Virus record (IMG/VR): IMGVR_UViG_2870464427_000001
Strand: one strand, 5' to 3'
Origin: a virus
Lineage: Duplodnaviria; Heunggongvirae; Uroviricota; Caudoviricetes
DNA length: 32,182 nt
Under the pieces are notes generated by a model that saw nothing but the letters and a program-made list of their open reading frames with translations, was not told the origin of the DNA and ran no database searches. The translations under genes and the position numbers were made by a program. Below are positions 16,586 to 25,872 of this stretch, one piece after another. Numbering within the stretch: position 1 is the first letter of the stretch; every line of letters begins with the position of its first letter.

Positions 16586-19370
16586 AACTTAATCTCCGTT
16601 GTTGGAACATATGAGCACTCAATTTCTTCTCAAAATCAGAATATCCCGCATCTAATGCTCTTTTAGCTGCCGCCTCAGTTTCCTTTGGTGAACCAGCCGG
16701 AAGATTGATTACAGGTGAATAGGTTATTCCACCAGTCACAGCGTTAACGTTCTGGCGAGGTCCAGAAGTCCCGGCGGCAGATATCCCGTGAGGTGATAAA
16801 TTTGATTGCCCGAACTTGGTTGCTATTGCATTCTGTAAGCTGTTATTCCTGCTAACACCTGATGCCAGAGTAGTCATTATTGCACCACCTGACTTTGTTA
16901 GCTGTGAGAATGGACCTTTTTTCGCGTCAGAGAACGGTAAATACTCACGTACAGAAGAAAAAACGCCTTTCACTTCATTAATTAAAGCATTTGCTTTTGA
17001 TTTTATCCCAGTGATTAACGTCTCAATTATTTTTGCACCTGACTCACTCCAGTTTATTCCAGATAAATAAGCCGTTACAGATTGGAATGCTCTTATAAAG
17101 AGTCCAACTGGTGAAAAACGCATAAAAACAGATACCAGTGTATCTATGATTTTCTTTCCTGTTTCGCTCCAGTTAATGCCAGAAAGGTAATTTGTTGTAA
17201 GTTTAAATGCTTTAATTAAGAACGGAAGCGGAGACATCCATTTAAAAGCACTAATTAATGTACTGTAAATTCTTACTCCTGCCGAACTCCAGTTTATGTT
17301 GGAAAGATAATCCCATGCTTTACCAAACATAGATATAATCCATCCATTGAGGTCAAAGTTTAAGATAAAGTTTTTTATAGCCTCAAATGATTTAACTGTA
17401 TATTCCTTAACAGAAGGCCAAACTCTGACAGCATAATCTCTGATCTTATCCCAATTCTGATAGAGCAATATTCCTGCGGCAACCAGTGCAGATATAGCCA
17501 TCTGAATCCACCCGAAGGGTGTTAGCTTTGTCGCTACAGATAAAGCCAGCATAGCTACCCTACACGCTATAACCACACTTTTCATGGTTAGAAACGCACC
17601 TGCCGCCATCACAATCTGAGACACAAAATTGGGGTTGTTAGCTACAAATTCACTAATTTTTGTAATCAGCGGAACCAAAACACTAAGCGCGGCATTCAAA
17701 GCTGGTTGCAAGGCCTGACCAAAACTTAATGATGCATTGCTAGCCTGAATACGTAATTGTTTCAATCGCTCCGCATTGTCTTTCGTTATGTTGGCAAAAT
17801 CGCGGTCAATAACAGCACTTCCAGCCCCAAGAGATGTTGCTTTGATTCTCTGGTATTCCTTCCAGTTTTGAATCATCGGACGAACAAAGTTCTGAACCTG
17901 CATATCGCCAAATAGCTCACCAAGTAACTTCTGATCTCCGTTCTTAGTCATTTTCATGACAGAATGCATTGCAGCTTCGAATGGATTCTTCCCTTTTTTC
18001 TGCGCTGTTGTGACAATTTTATATAAATCTACACCGAAATTTTTCTTTGCTTTTTTTAGTGTTTCAGGGGAAAGTATTTTCGCCAAAAAGTTGTTCATAT
18101 TATTAGCAGCCTCATCCGAAGTTGCAGCACCTTTGCGAGCTATCTGCAAAGCTGCCCCCATCGTCGCGGCGGCTTCTTTACCTCCCATTTTTAATGCCTG
18201 GAACTGAGCACCAAGCACAGGAAGATTTTTGGCCATATCTTTAAATTCAAAGTTTCCCTCTTTCCCTGCCTGAACCAGAATCCCCATTGCAGACTTCATT
18301 TGAGATGGATCAATCTTCAATGAGTCACTTAATGTAAATGATGCTTTCGAGACATCGAGGATATCAGAGCCAGTAGCTGTAGCTGTTCGCCCAATAGTTA
18401 GTAGATTCGCCTGAGCCTCTTTATAATCCTGCCCAGCAGCGACGAGAAAACCCTGAGCGGCCTGAATATCAGATGCAAACTGGTTGGTGGCTGTTCCGGT
18501 AACAAGCATCGCCTGCCCCATCGCCTGAACTTCTTCCGGCTTCATATCTGCCGTAAGACCAATCATTTTGTTTTCACGATTGAAATTTGCTGCATTGTTA
18601 GCAGCAGCAAATGCACCAGCCGCTACAGCACCAGTTTGTAATCCTGACCTTACAAGTTGACTCTTTGCCTCACCAAGATGCTCTCGCTTCAATTCACGCT
18701 GCCTTTCCAACGCGCGGTTTAACTCCTCCTGAGCACGTTTTACTGCAAGAACATTTTTCCGTGCTTCAGCCAACGCATTTTTATAGCTGTTAATTTTATC
18801 AATACGTTGTTTTTCTAATGCCCGGTTAAGTTCCTCCTGCTGTTTTTTCACTTGCTGAACATTTGCTCTGGCTAAAGCCAAAGCCGTTCTGTAGCGGTTA
18901 ACCTGCTCAACGCTACGGGCCTGAGCCTCACGATTACGATCAATGCTGGCTTTAAGCTCTTTCTCTCTTGAGGCCAAAGCTCTGGCAGATGTATCAGCTC
19001 CCTGATAGGCAGACTTTAAAGCGGCCAGTTCTTCACGCTGAGAACGTAGTGATGCTCGTAAATTCGATGAATGTGTTTTTGCCTTCTCAAAGTCACGAAG
19101 CATCGCTCTGGTTGGATTGGCCGTGTTTTTTATTTGCTTCTGTAACTCTTCAACGCGAGCGGCAGCTTTATGATATTCGAGGGCAGTCTGTCCAACCTTT
19201 ACTTTTACAGATTGTAGCTTTTGAATTTCCCCATGTTCTTTCGTTAATCCAGCAAGCTCGGCATTTAATTTAGCAACAGCCTGATTAGCTGTAGTAAAAC
19301 TTTTGGGGAGAGAGGCGGCAACTTTGCCGCCAATTTCAAAAGCCAGCTTAAAGTTCTTATTGCTGGCCAT
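16578..19370 (-). CDS. tail tape measure protein
   Basis: 930 aa, coiled-coil-rich N-terminus and hydrophobic central segments; lies directly after the E/E' chaperone pair. Confidence 0.85.
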   Translation of the reverse strand: MASNKNFKLAFEIGGKVAASLPKSFTTANQAVAKLNAELAGLTKEHGEIQKLQSVKVKVGQTALEYHKAAARVEELQKQIKNTANPTRAMLRDFEKAKTHSSNLRASLRSQREELAALKSAYQGADTSARALASREKELKASIDRNREAQARSVEQVNRYRTALALARANVQQVKKQQEELNRALEKQRIDKINSYKNALAEARKNVLAVKRAQEELNRALERQRELKREHLGEAKSQLVRSGLQTGAVAAGAFAAANNAANFNRENKMIGLTADMKPEEVQAMGQAMLVTGTATNQFASDIQAAQGFLVAAGQDYKEAQANLLTIGRTATATGSDILDVSKASFTLSDSLKIDPSQMKSAMGILVQAGKEGNFEFKDMAKNLPVLGAQFQALKMGGKEAAATMGAALQIARKGAATSDEAANNMNNFLAKILSPETLKKAKKNFGVDLYKIVTTAQKKGKNPFEAAMHSVMKMTKNGDQKLLGELFGDMQVQNFVRPMIQNWKEYQRIKATSLGAGSAVIDRDFANITKDNAERLKQLRIQASNASLSFGQALQPALNAALSVLVPLITKISEFVANNPNFVSQIVMAAGAFLTMKSVVIACRVAMLALSVATKLTPFGWIQMAISALVAAGILLYQNWDKIRDYAVRVWPSVKEYTVKSFEAIKNFILNFDLNGWIISMFGKAWDYLSNINWSSAGVRIYSTLISAFKWMSPLPFLIKAFKLTTNYLSGINWSETGKKIIDTLVSVFMRFSPVGLFIRAFQSVTAYLSGINWSESGAKIIETLITGIKSKANALINEVKGVFSSVREYLPFSDAKKGPFSQLTKSGGAIMTTLASGVSRNNSLQNAIATKFGQSNLSPHGISAAGTSGPRQNVNAVTGGITYSPVINLPAGSPKETEAAAKRALDAGYSDFEKKLSAHMFQQRRLSFG

Positions 19371-19375
19371 TAGTA

Positions 19376-19806
19376 TTAATCCTCATTAAACACGTCAATC
19401 CATGCGACGATTCGCCTCAACCGAAGCGAAAGCCAGTAGGATATAGGTGTTGATTGAGATGATTGAGATAGAGAACTCGCGGCCCTCATTATTTGCTTAT
19501 CAATAGGTTTTTGCTCATCAAAACCTACGAGAGCAAAAAATTCTGTACCTTTTGACAAACTTTAACAAAGTCTTTCGCTGGTAATCCATTCAGATACTCT
19601 ATTGGACGACCAATACAGCGAGCAGCCAAGGCTGCATGGACTTTATTATCAAGTGATGTTTGAACTGAAACATGCCCTTGAGATTGCAGTAAGTCCGATA
19701 CCTCTAAAATATCACTGCCTTTTAGGTTGTCTAAATCAAGGTTGAGTTCAGTCACCGGTTCAAAGTCTTCAAAACGATATTCTTTACTTAATTTAACGGT
19801 TTCCAT
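19376..19806 (-). CDS. tail assembly chaperone E+E' fusion product (needs a -1 ribosomal frameshift)
   Basis: The ORF at 19376..19558 overlaps the E ORF in the -1 frame; the overlap contains the slippery heptamer TTTTTTG (minus strand; plus-strand caaaaaa at 19534-19540). Confidence 0.6.
19525..19806 (-). CDS. tail assembly chaperone (P2 gpE-like)
   Basis: 93-aa ORF between the tail tube and tape measure genes, ending ..QNFLLS just past the slippery site. Confidence 0.7.
   Translation of the reverse strand: METVKLSKEYRFEDFEPVTELNLDLDNLKGSDILEVSDLLQSQGHVSVQTSLDNKVHAALAARCIGRPIEYLNGLPAKDFVKVCQKVQNFLLS
19534..19540 (-). promoter_or_regulatory. programmed -1 frameshift slippery site (T_TTT_TTG)
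   Basis: Zero-frame codons aaT TTT TTG; the -1 frame continues EFFALVGFDEQ.. to the stop at 19376. Confidence 0.6.
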
Positions 19807-19815
19807 TTTGTCACC

Positions 19816-20337
19816 TTATAAACCTAAATCATCACGAACGCTTTTTAATATATCTTCACCATCAAAGATACAAATAAAGTTCAACTTATCAATTTCCAGG
19901 ACTTCTTTTCCATCAATAAATAATTTGATATAGAGAACTTCAAATTCATTCTCTGAATCAGTAGCCTTTGCCACCTGTAGCGAACCTAAATCCAGTTTTT
20001 TAGGGTTTAGCTTCATTGAAGCCCGAATAGGAACCGTTTTATATTTTCCTGTTCCTGCATCATAAACCTGCTGGCTACCGCGAAAATCTACCTGATGCGA
20101 TGAGGATAGAAATAATTTTGTACCAGCAGAGGTCAGAGTTCGCCATTTAAGAGAGACAGTCATTGGTTTGAAATGCCCCAGCGTTCCGCTCTCAAGCTCT
20201 CCAGCGATACCTGCACCACTAACAGTTTCTGTCATCATCTCAATTGATGGCAGCTTTGCGTCAGCAACACCGATAATACGGTTTCCCTCACCGTATACTG
20301 TAAAGTTAATAAGTCTCTCAGGAATTTGATTGCTCAA
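19816..20337 (-). CDS. tail tube protein (P2 FII-like)
   Basis: 173 aa; C-terminal DGKEVLEIDKLN .. DGEDIL resembles P2 FII (DGKELVEIDTIN..). Confidence 0.85.
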   Translation of the reverse strand: MSNQIPERLINFTVYGEGNRIIGVADAKLPSIEMMTETVSGAGIAGELESGTLGHFKPMTVSLKWRTLTSAGTKLFLSSSHQVDFRGSQQVYDAGTGKYKTVPIRASMKLNPKKLDLGSLQVAKATDSENEFEVLYIKLFIDGKEVLEIDKLNFICIFDGEDILKSVRDDLGL

Positions 20338-20353
20338 AGCAACCTCCTATTAT

Positions 20354-21817
20354 TTATTCAGAAAACAAGTTCAGCAGATAATCAGGATTATATTCCATGA
20401 CGAACTCAATATCTCTGGCAGGTGAGAATGGTGTCATTTTTACATGGAATTTAACAATCCCGTCCATTAATGACGTAATCGTGTTTTCAGACTGATCAAA
20501 GGTAACAACACCACCTGCAATATCCTGATTACCTGTGAGGCCGTTAAGCCAAATATTCGCACTTGTAACAATCGATTCAATTAATCGACGGTTTGCAGGA
20601 TTGTCTATTTTTGACCAATGCGAAAGAATTAACGTATTACCCACCCAGTTAAACATACGTCGGCAAACACGAAATGCGTCTTTGGGGTCTGTAGATGTTG
20701 GATAAATAGCATTACGGTTTCCCCATGATTTCCAACCATCAAAATTAAGGCTTGTTACAATCCCCTGTCCATTTAAGTAGTTTGCCTGGCTAATGTTAAG
20801 CCATACTTCACTGCCATCTTTACGTACAGCACCGTCCATCTGTAGTTTTATATTTGACGGAGAACGTGATGGAATATCACCATACTGACTATCCAGCAAG
20901 CATGTTGCGGCCGCTAAATGGGTTGAGTGATGGTAAATATTGTCACCAAGTTTCACCATCGGCCAGCACACTGTCTGGTTAGCGGCCATGTGATTATTGT
21001 TCTGTTTCCATTCAGGAACAGCCGAGTAATCACTGATAGTAGATTTATCGGTCGGCGCATCCGTTATAGCTTCTGCTTTGAACAATTCACTAATCAGCGC
21101 GGCTTTAGCCGCCATTAGCTGACCAACTTCACTATCAGAACTAAATCCAGGTGCAATCACTTGTCCAGGAACTAACTTGAAGCGGGGATACACATCTGAC
21201 AGTAACTCAAGCCCTGTATTGGCTTTAGTGTTGGAATCCACACCACCGATAATGTCATTTTTAGTTACGGCACCGGGATCAAGATGCGTATAACTAACCT
21301 TAAGAGTAGCGTCTTTTTCGGTAATTTTTCCTCCGCTAATAGCGGTAATGACCGTATAGCCATTATCATCCAGCGCCAGCACATAATCGGTATCAAGCGT
21401 TAACCCAGGCGAATCACCATCTGCTTTTTTCACAACAACAGATTTATATAAGACACCATCGTTAGAGAGCGTACCTTTCCCGCCAGAAAGTTTTACTAAC
21501 TCATCAGTAACGTCTTTCTTATGCTTTGCTGGATCAAGCACATTGATAAATACAACTGGCGCAACACCATATATTCCAAATGCGACTTTAATTACTTCGC
21601 TTAAAGTATATTTCTCGAAGTTTGTGCTATATCCTATTTTAGATACGGCCTCTGCGTATGTATAAGCAATGATAGGTTTATTTACCGCTGAGGCTGGATC
21701 TTCTAACTGATTAACAGGAGCCGTACCAAATGCGACAATCAACCCAGCACTAACTTGCACTGGAGGAGTTATAGATGTAGCCAGTTCAGATATATAAATA
21801 CCGTGGCGATATCCCAT
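20354..21817 (-). CDS. contractile tail sheath protein (P2 FI-like)
   Basis: 487 aa; N-terminal GYRHGIYISE and internal GWKSWGNRN parallel P2 FI (DYHHGVQVLE, GFRFWGNRT). Confidence 0.85.
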   Translation of the reverse strand: MGYRHGIYISELATSITPPVQVSAGLIVAFGTAPVNQLEDPASAVNKPIIAYTYAEAVSKIGYSTNFEKYTLSEVIKVAFGIYGVAPVVFINVLDPAKHKKDVTDELVKLSGGKGTLSNDGVLYKSVVVKKADGDSPGLTLDTDYVLALDDNGYTVITAISGGKITEKDATLKVSYTHLDPGAVTKNDIIGGVDSNTKANTGLELLSDVYPRFKLVPGQVIAPGFSSDSEVGQLMAAKAALISELFKAEAITDAPTDKSTISDYSAVPEWKQNNNHMAANQTVCWPMVKLGDNIYHHSTHLAAATCLLDSQYGDIPSRSPSNIKLQMDGAVRKDGSEVWLNISQANYLNGQGIVTSLNFDGWKSWGNRNAIYPTSTDPKDAFRVCRRMFNWVGNTLILSHWSKIDNPANRRLIESIVTSANIWLNGLTGNQDIAGGVVTFDQSENTITSLMDGIVKFHVKMTPFSPARDIEFVMEYNPDYLLNLFSE

Positions 21818-22107
21818 TATTTAATCTCCATGATAGAAGAAGAAACTCTAGAGTACATTACATACTCGACACTGGTTTTATCAGAAAGTCTTTTCTCTGC
21901 ATCTGCAAAATCACTGGTTGCCACAAACAAACACTTTGCACCAGGAATATGTGATATTAATTTTTTACACTCTGGAGATAAGCCATTCTTAAATAGTTTA
22001 TGCTTCAAAATTGAGAGTTGAGGGATTGTTGGTCCTATATATACAAATGTTTGAGCAACATCTTCCTTCTTTTCTATATCTTCTTTACTACTTTTCTTAT
22101 TAGCCAT
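21817..22107 (-). CDS. hypothetical protein
   Basis: 96-aa ORF whose stop overlaps the sheath start. Confidence 0.4.
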   Translation of the reverse strand: MANKKSSKEDIEKKEDVAQTFVYIGPTIPQLSILKHKLFKNGLSPECKKLISHIPGAKCLFVATSDFADAEKRLSDKTSVEYVMYSRVSSSIMEIK

Positions 22108-22593
22108 TTAGATAAACTCCTGAGACTGAATATTCTGAGGCTTTAATACTATCCACGTTCCAGTTGCTTCCGTTATCCAATATGGATACGGTTGATCATC
22201 AAACATTCGCCATCTGATATCGCCCTGAAAGAGAAATTTCTCTTCAAGTAAAGGCTTCTCCTGAAAATGAAACATCATCCTTTCAAGAAGAGCCATTACC
22301 CATTCATATCCAGTATGGTCCTCACAAAAACCACCTAGAAGAAACTTAACCTTAACTTCATCCGTTTCAGGCTGCATTCCTCCTTCCGTGGGCCTGATAA
22401 TCACATGAGGAAATTCTGGCGGTTTATCTGGAGATGGTTGTGATTTAGGAGGCAAGTACCCTTTAAATATTGTTGGAACAAACAATTTAATATCGCTGTC
22501 TGTTTCATCATAAGGAGGTCCCTGCACTAATAAATCATGGAAAACCTCATGTTCCAACCGATTTTTTATTGCATCTATCAAAAGATTAATCAA
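22108..22593 (-). CDS. hypothetical protein (neck/tail-completion position)
   Basis: 161-aa ORF between head-completion and tail genes. Confidence 0.5.
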   Translation of the reverse strand: MINLLIDAIKNRLEHEVFHDLLVQGPPYDETDSDIKLFVPTIFKGYLPPKSQPSPDKPPEFPHVIIRPTEGGMQPETDEVKVKFLLGGFCEDHTGYEWVMALLERMMFHFQEKPLLEEKFLFQGDIRWRMFDDQPYPYWITEATGTWIVLKPQNIQSQEFI

Positions 22594-22934
22594 ATCGGCA
22601 TTCCTCTGTTAGTATTAACAGTGAGAGTTATTTCCAATACACCAACATTATCTGATACTTCATCAACAATATAATTTTTACCGTTGATTTTCATTGACTG
22701 GTCTTTGACAGGGAGAACAGGAAAATCTTTTCTTGAAACAAATAATATTATTTGCCCCTGATTTATTCCCTCTGCAAACTCAGCATATGAGCGTTTATTC
22801 CGCTCATGAATAAGGTCTGTATCAATAACGGCAAGAATATCCTTGCCGTCTATGTTATATGTATCGGCAAACTCTTTTTCATTGAGGAATATTGCAGAAA
22901 TATCTTGCGCTATAACCTCTTTGAAGGAGTTCAT
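22590..22934 (-). CDS. head-tail joining protein (lambda FII-like by position and pattern)
   Basis: 114 aa, overlapping starts and stops with neighbours; weak resemblance to gpFII. Confidence 0.45.
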   Translation of the reverse strand: MNSFKEVIAQDISAIFLNEKEFADTYNIDGKDILAVIDTDLIHERNKRSYAEFAEGINQGQIILFVSRKDFPVLPVKDQSMKINGKNYIVDEVSDNVGVLEITLTVNTNRGMPI

Positions 22935-23326
22935 TACTTCTTATTACCTTTCTTTTGCGTTGATTTTTTCGCATTACTGGTATCAGAAGTAGCTACAGAT
23001 TCAGATGAATCATCAGCAACCATTTCCTCATTGCCGCCATCATCCTCAAACTCAACCTCGAATACACAGCTACCCGCCTCCGTTCGCGTAATCAACCCCG
23101 CGTCCACAGCATCATTAACAGCAGATGCGTATCCATGCTCAAAAGCTAACTTAGCAGCATCATAGCCCCCAGCCGATGCCAAATCACCATCCTCTTCGGT
23201 GGCAATAGCATGTCCTGACGCAATCAGTTCGGCAATTCTGGAGTTATCCATTAGCCCATTAAGCAAACGGCCCGCTTTTAGCGAGCCGTGGCTTATCGTA
23301 TCAATGTTTTTAATCAGTCTGGCCAT
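22934..23326 (-). CDS. hypothetical head-completion protein (acidic C-terminus)
   Basis: 130-aa ORF immediately after the major capsid gene. Confidence 0.5.
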   Translation of the reverse strand: MARLIKNIDTISHGSLKAGRLLNGLMDNSRIAELIASGHAIATEEDGDLASAGGYDAAKLAFEHGYASAVNDAVDAGLITRTEAGSCVFEVEFEDDGGNEEMVADDSSESVATSDTSNAKKSTQKKGNKK

Positions 23327-24370
23327 TTAAACCACCTTAGCCACCAGATAGGCATCAGCCACACCAGGATTAGGCAGTGGAGATGACTTCATGGCAACAT
23401 AACGGCCAGCCGGCTTACGAGTTACCCAGGTGTCTGGAACTCGTGGTGACTCAACAATCGTTAGAGTCTTTTCGGCGTCATCTACAAGCTCTACAGCACC
23501 ATACAGCATCGTTCCTCGACCAGGAGAGCCAAAGAGGATCTTATCTTCCGGTACTAATGGTTCTGGTTTTCCTGTTTTATCATTGCGAATAAGTTCGTCG
23601 TAACCATAAAAATCGACACCTTCAAGATTGCCATAATGAGTTACGCCTTCTTCTAACTCCTTAGGCTCAATATACCCAAGCTCTTTTCGGCGATTATCAA
23701 GATATTTAGTTACTGCTTCATTTTTAACGAAAGCATCAACAACTTTTGCGCCCATTACGGCAACACGAGGTGTAAAACCTGAAGTTAGTGATACCCGACG
23801 TTTCCAGTTGCGAACATTGACCAACGGATCTGATTTTGCTGCACTCCATAAATCATCACCTGTCAGTTCAAGATATGGTTTATCTCCTTCCTCTTCAGGC
23901 CAAAAATAAACTGTGTCATCCACACCTTCACCAACAATATCAACCTGCCCCGTAAACAAGACTTGTGCACACATCCATTCTTCACGGCGATTAACCATTT
24001 CATCAAGCTCAAGCAAATCTTTACCTAATTGCTCGGCAGCTCGTTCTGCTGGCGATTTTGCGTTGTAAATATTCTCACCCGGAAGCCTGTTTAAAAGCAT
24101 CTCTGCTGTTGTTACCAAATCAGGTGCAACAAGTGGTGGCTCCAGAGTTCTCGTTACAAAGCCGCGTCGCTCAACGGTTTTTGAGCCAAAACCTTTACCA
24201 ACAAACGGAGCCATAGTACGGCCACCGCGAACAAAATCCAGATCAACTTTCTTTGTATTAAAGGTCTGAACACCAGGAAAAAAGGTACGAAGAAGAAAAC
24301 GACGAGCCTTGAAATTCTGAATAACAGGCTCAAGCATTGTACGTCGTTCAAAAATATCAATATTCGGCAT
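23327..24370 (-). CDS. major capsid protein (lambda E family)
   Basis: 347 aa, size and position as for lambda gpE, downstream of protease and decoration genes. Confidence 0.8.
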   Translation of the reverse strand: MPNIDIFERRTMLEPVIQNFKARRFLLRTFFPGVQTFNTKKVDLDFVRGGRTMAPFVGKGFGSKTVERRGFVTRTLEPPLVAPDLVTTAEMLLNRLPGENIYNAKSPAERAAEQLGKDLLELDEMVNRREEWMCAQVLFTGQVDIVGEGVDDTVYFWPEEEGDKPYLELTGDDLWSAAKSDPLVNVRNWKRRVSLTSGFTPRVAVMGAKVVDAFVKNEAVTKYLDNRRKELGYIEPKELEEGVTHYGNLEGVDFYGYDELIRNDKTGKPEPLVPEDKILFGSPGRGTMLYGAVELVDDAEKTLTIVESPRVPDTWVTRKPAGRYVAMKSSPLPNPGVADAYLVAKVV

Positions 24371-24390
24371 AAAAATACGACCTCTTTATA

Positions 24391-24774
24391 TTATGCAGAT
24401 GGATTTTGTTGTGCGGTGTTAAGGAATATCCCAACCTTCCGGCAAGCCAGATATACATCGGCAATCTTTGCTGATTCAGGAAGGATAACCGCATGTGCAT
24501 TGAACATTCCGGTCAGCCATGCTGTTCCAACTTGCGCTGAATCAGTCGCATCAATACTGTGTTGAGCGATACAATACGGTTCTTTTGCCACCCCCTCACC
24601 AGAGAGATTTATTGGTGCTACAGTGACAACATTTGTTGTCTGATCAATACTGACAAAAGCAAGCAACTCACCTCGATTTACTTTACCGCTGGCAAGTTTA
24701 ATACTTGTTGTAATTGCTGGCATACCACCAGAAATAATCAGATTATCTGGTTCAAATGAAAAAGACTCTCGCAT
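24391..24774 (-). CDS. putative head decoration protein (gpD-like position)
   Basis: 127-aa ORF between the protease/scaffold and capsid genes; weak pattern resemblance only. Confidence 0.45.
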   Translation of the reverse strand: MRESFSFEPDNLIISGGMPAITTSIKLASGKVNRGELLAFVSIDQTTNVVTVAPINLSGEGVAKEPYCIAQHSIDATDSAQVGTAWLTGMFNAHAVILPESAKIADVYLACRKVGIFLNTAQQNPSA

Positions 24775-24783
24775 AAACTCACC

Positions 24784-25872
24784 TTAATTTTTATCGCGGT
24801 TTTTAAATACTGACCCAATAACATTTTTTACTACTTCAGCTTGTTTATCGCCGTTGTTTTCTGGTTGATTAACATCAACTGAATCATTCACCTCATTTGC
24901 GTCTTCTTGCCGTTGATTAAGAAAGTTTTTGTTACGCGCTCGCTCTGCATTCATAATTTCCAAAGCAAGTTCAGCCGCAGAAACTCCCGTTTTGAATTTT
25001 GCATTCTTAACCAGGTCGTCATGACCTGGAATCACGCTATTCTCGATTGTTTCAATGCGCTCACGTTCTGATTTAACGCCCTCGTCTTTACCAGCATTAA
25101 AAACCTGATTGTATAATTCTGGATGTTTATTTTTTAATTCATCAAGAGTCACAACATCGTCCTCGGTTTGTTCATTTAATTCAGTAGATAATTCATTTTT
25201 ATTTTGTGGCAACTTTGCGAGCGAATCAGGTAATTTTGAAAACCTTGATGCTTCAAAAGTTATTCCATTGAGCGAAAGCATCCCTTCCTTTATAGAAGCG
25301 GATAAACGCATTGGTTTTTCAACTTCGTCAGCAAACCCAAGCTCAACAGCTTCTTCTGCATTTAGCCAAGTTTCCTGATCCATTAGTTCAATTAACTTAT
25401 CTTCAGAAAGTCCTGTCTTCTCCTTATATGCAGATAAAATACTATTTCGTATCTTATCCATCATCTCAGCAATATCACGCAATTCATCCGCATCCCCCAT
25501 TGCCCATGTCCACGGATTATGTATCATCATCATAGCATTAGATGGGATAACAACTTTATCACCTGCCATTGCAATAATGGTTGCAGCCGATGCAGCAATA
25601 CCATCAATATAAACTGTAATATTAGCCTTATGACGTTTTAATGAAGAAAGAATAGCTTGAGCTGTAAAAACAGAACCACCATAACTATTAATTTTTACGT
25701 TGATAGCATTCGATGAAATATCCTTTAACTTATTAACTATGTCAGAAGAAGAAACCTCATCAAATTCACCAATATACCCGTATATTAAAAGCTCAGCCGG
25801 AGTGTCATCTTCACCCGTGCTATTTTTTATTTCCCACCAATTAGGCATCATCAGTCTCCATATTTTGTTCAT
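24784..25872 (-). CDS. prohead maturation protease (ClpP/S49-like) with C-terminal scaffold-like region
   Basis: 362 aa; protease core pattern (YGYIGEFDEVSSSD .. NSYGGSVFTAQAI .. IDGIAASAATIIAMAGDK .. MMMIHNPW) and coiled-coil acidic C-terminus. Start is uncertain (ATGs at 25872, 25851 and 25848); overlaps the portal stop. Confidence 0.75.
   Translation of the reverse strand: MNKIWRLMMPNWWEIKNSTGEDDTPAELLIYGYIGEFDEVSSSDIVNKLKDISSNAINVKINSYGGSVFTAQAILSSLKRHKANITVYIDGIAASAATIIAMAGDKVVIPSNAMMMIHNPWTWAMGDADELRDIAEMMDKIRNSILSAYKEKTGLSEDKLIELMDQETWLNAEEAVELGFADEVEKPMRLSASIKEGMLSLNGITFEASRFSKLPDSLAKLPQNKNELSTELNEQTEDDVVTLDELKNKHPELYNQVFNAGKDEGVKSERERIETIENSVIPGHDDLVKNAKFKTGVSAAELALEIMNAERARNKNFLNQRQEDANEVNDSVDVNQPENNGDKQAEVVKNVIGSVFKNRDKN

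Noticed and set aside
16816-19273. Plus-strand ORFs inside the tape measure gene (16816..17070, 17956..18207, 18611..18793, 18968..19273)
   Set aside because: Antisense to a well-supported 930-aa gene; no independent support.
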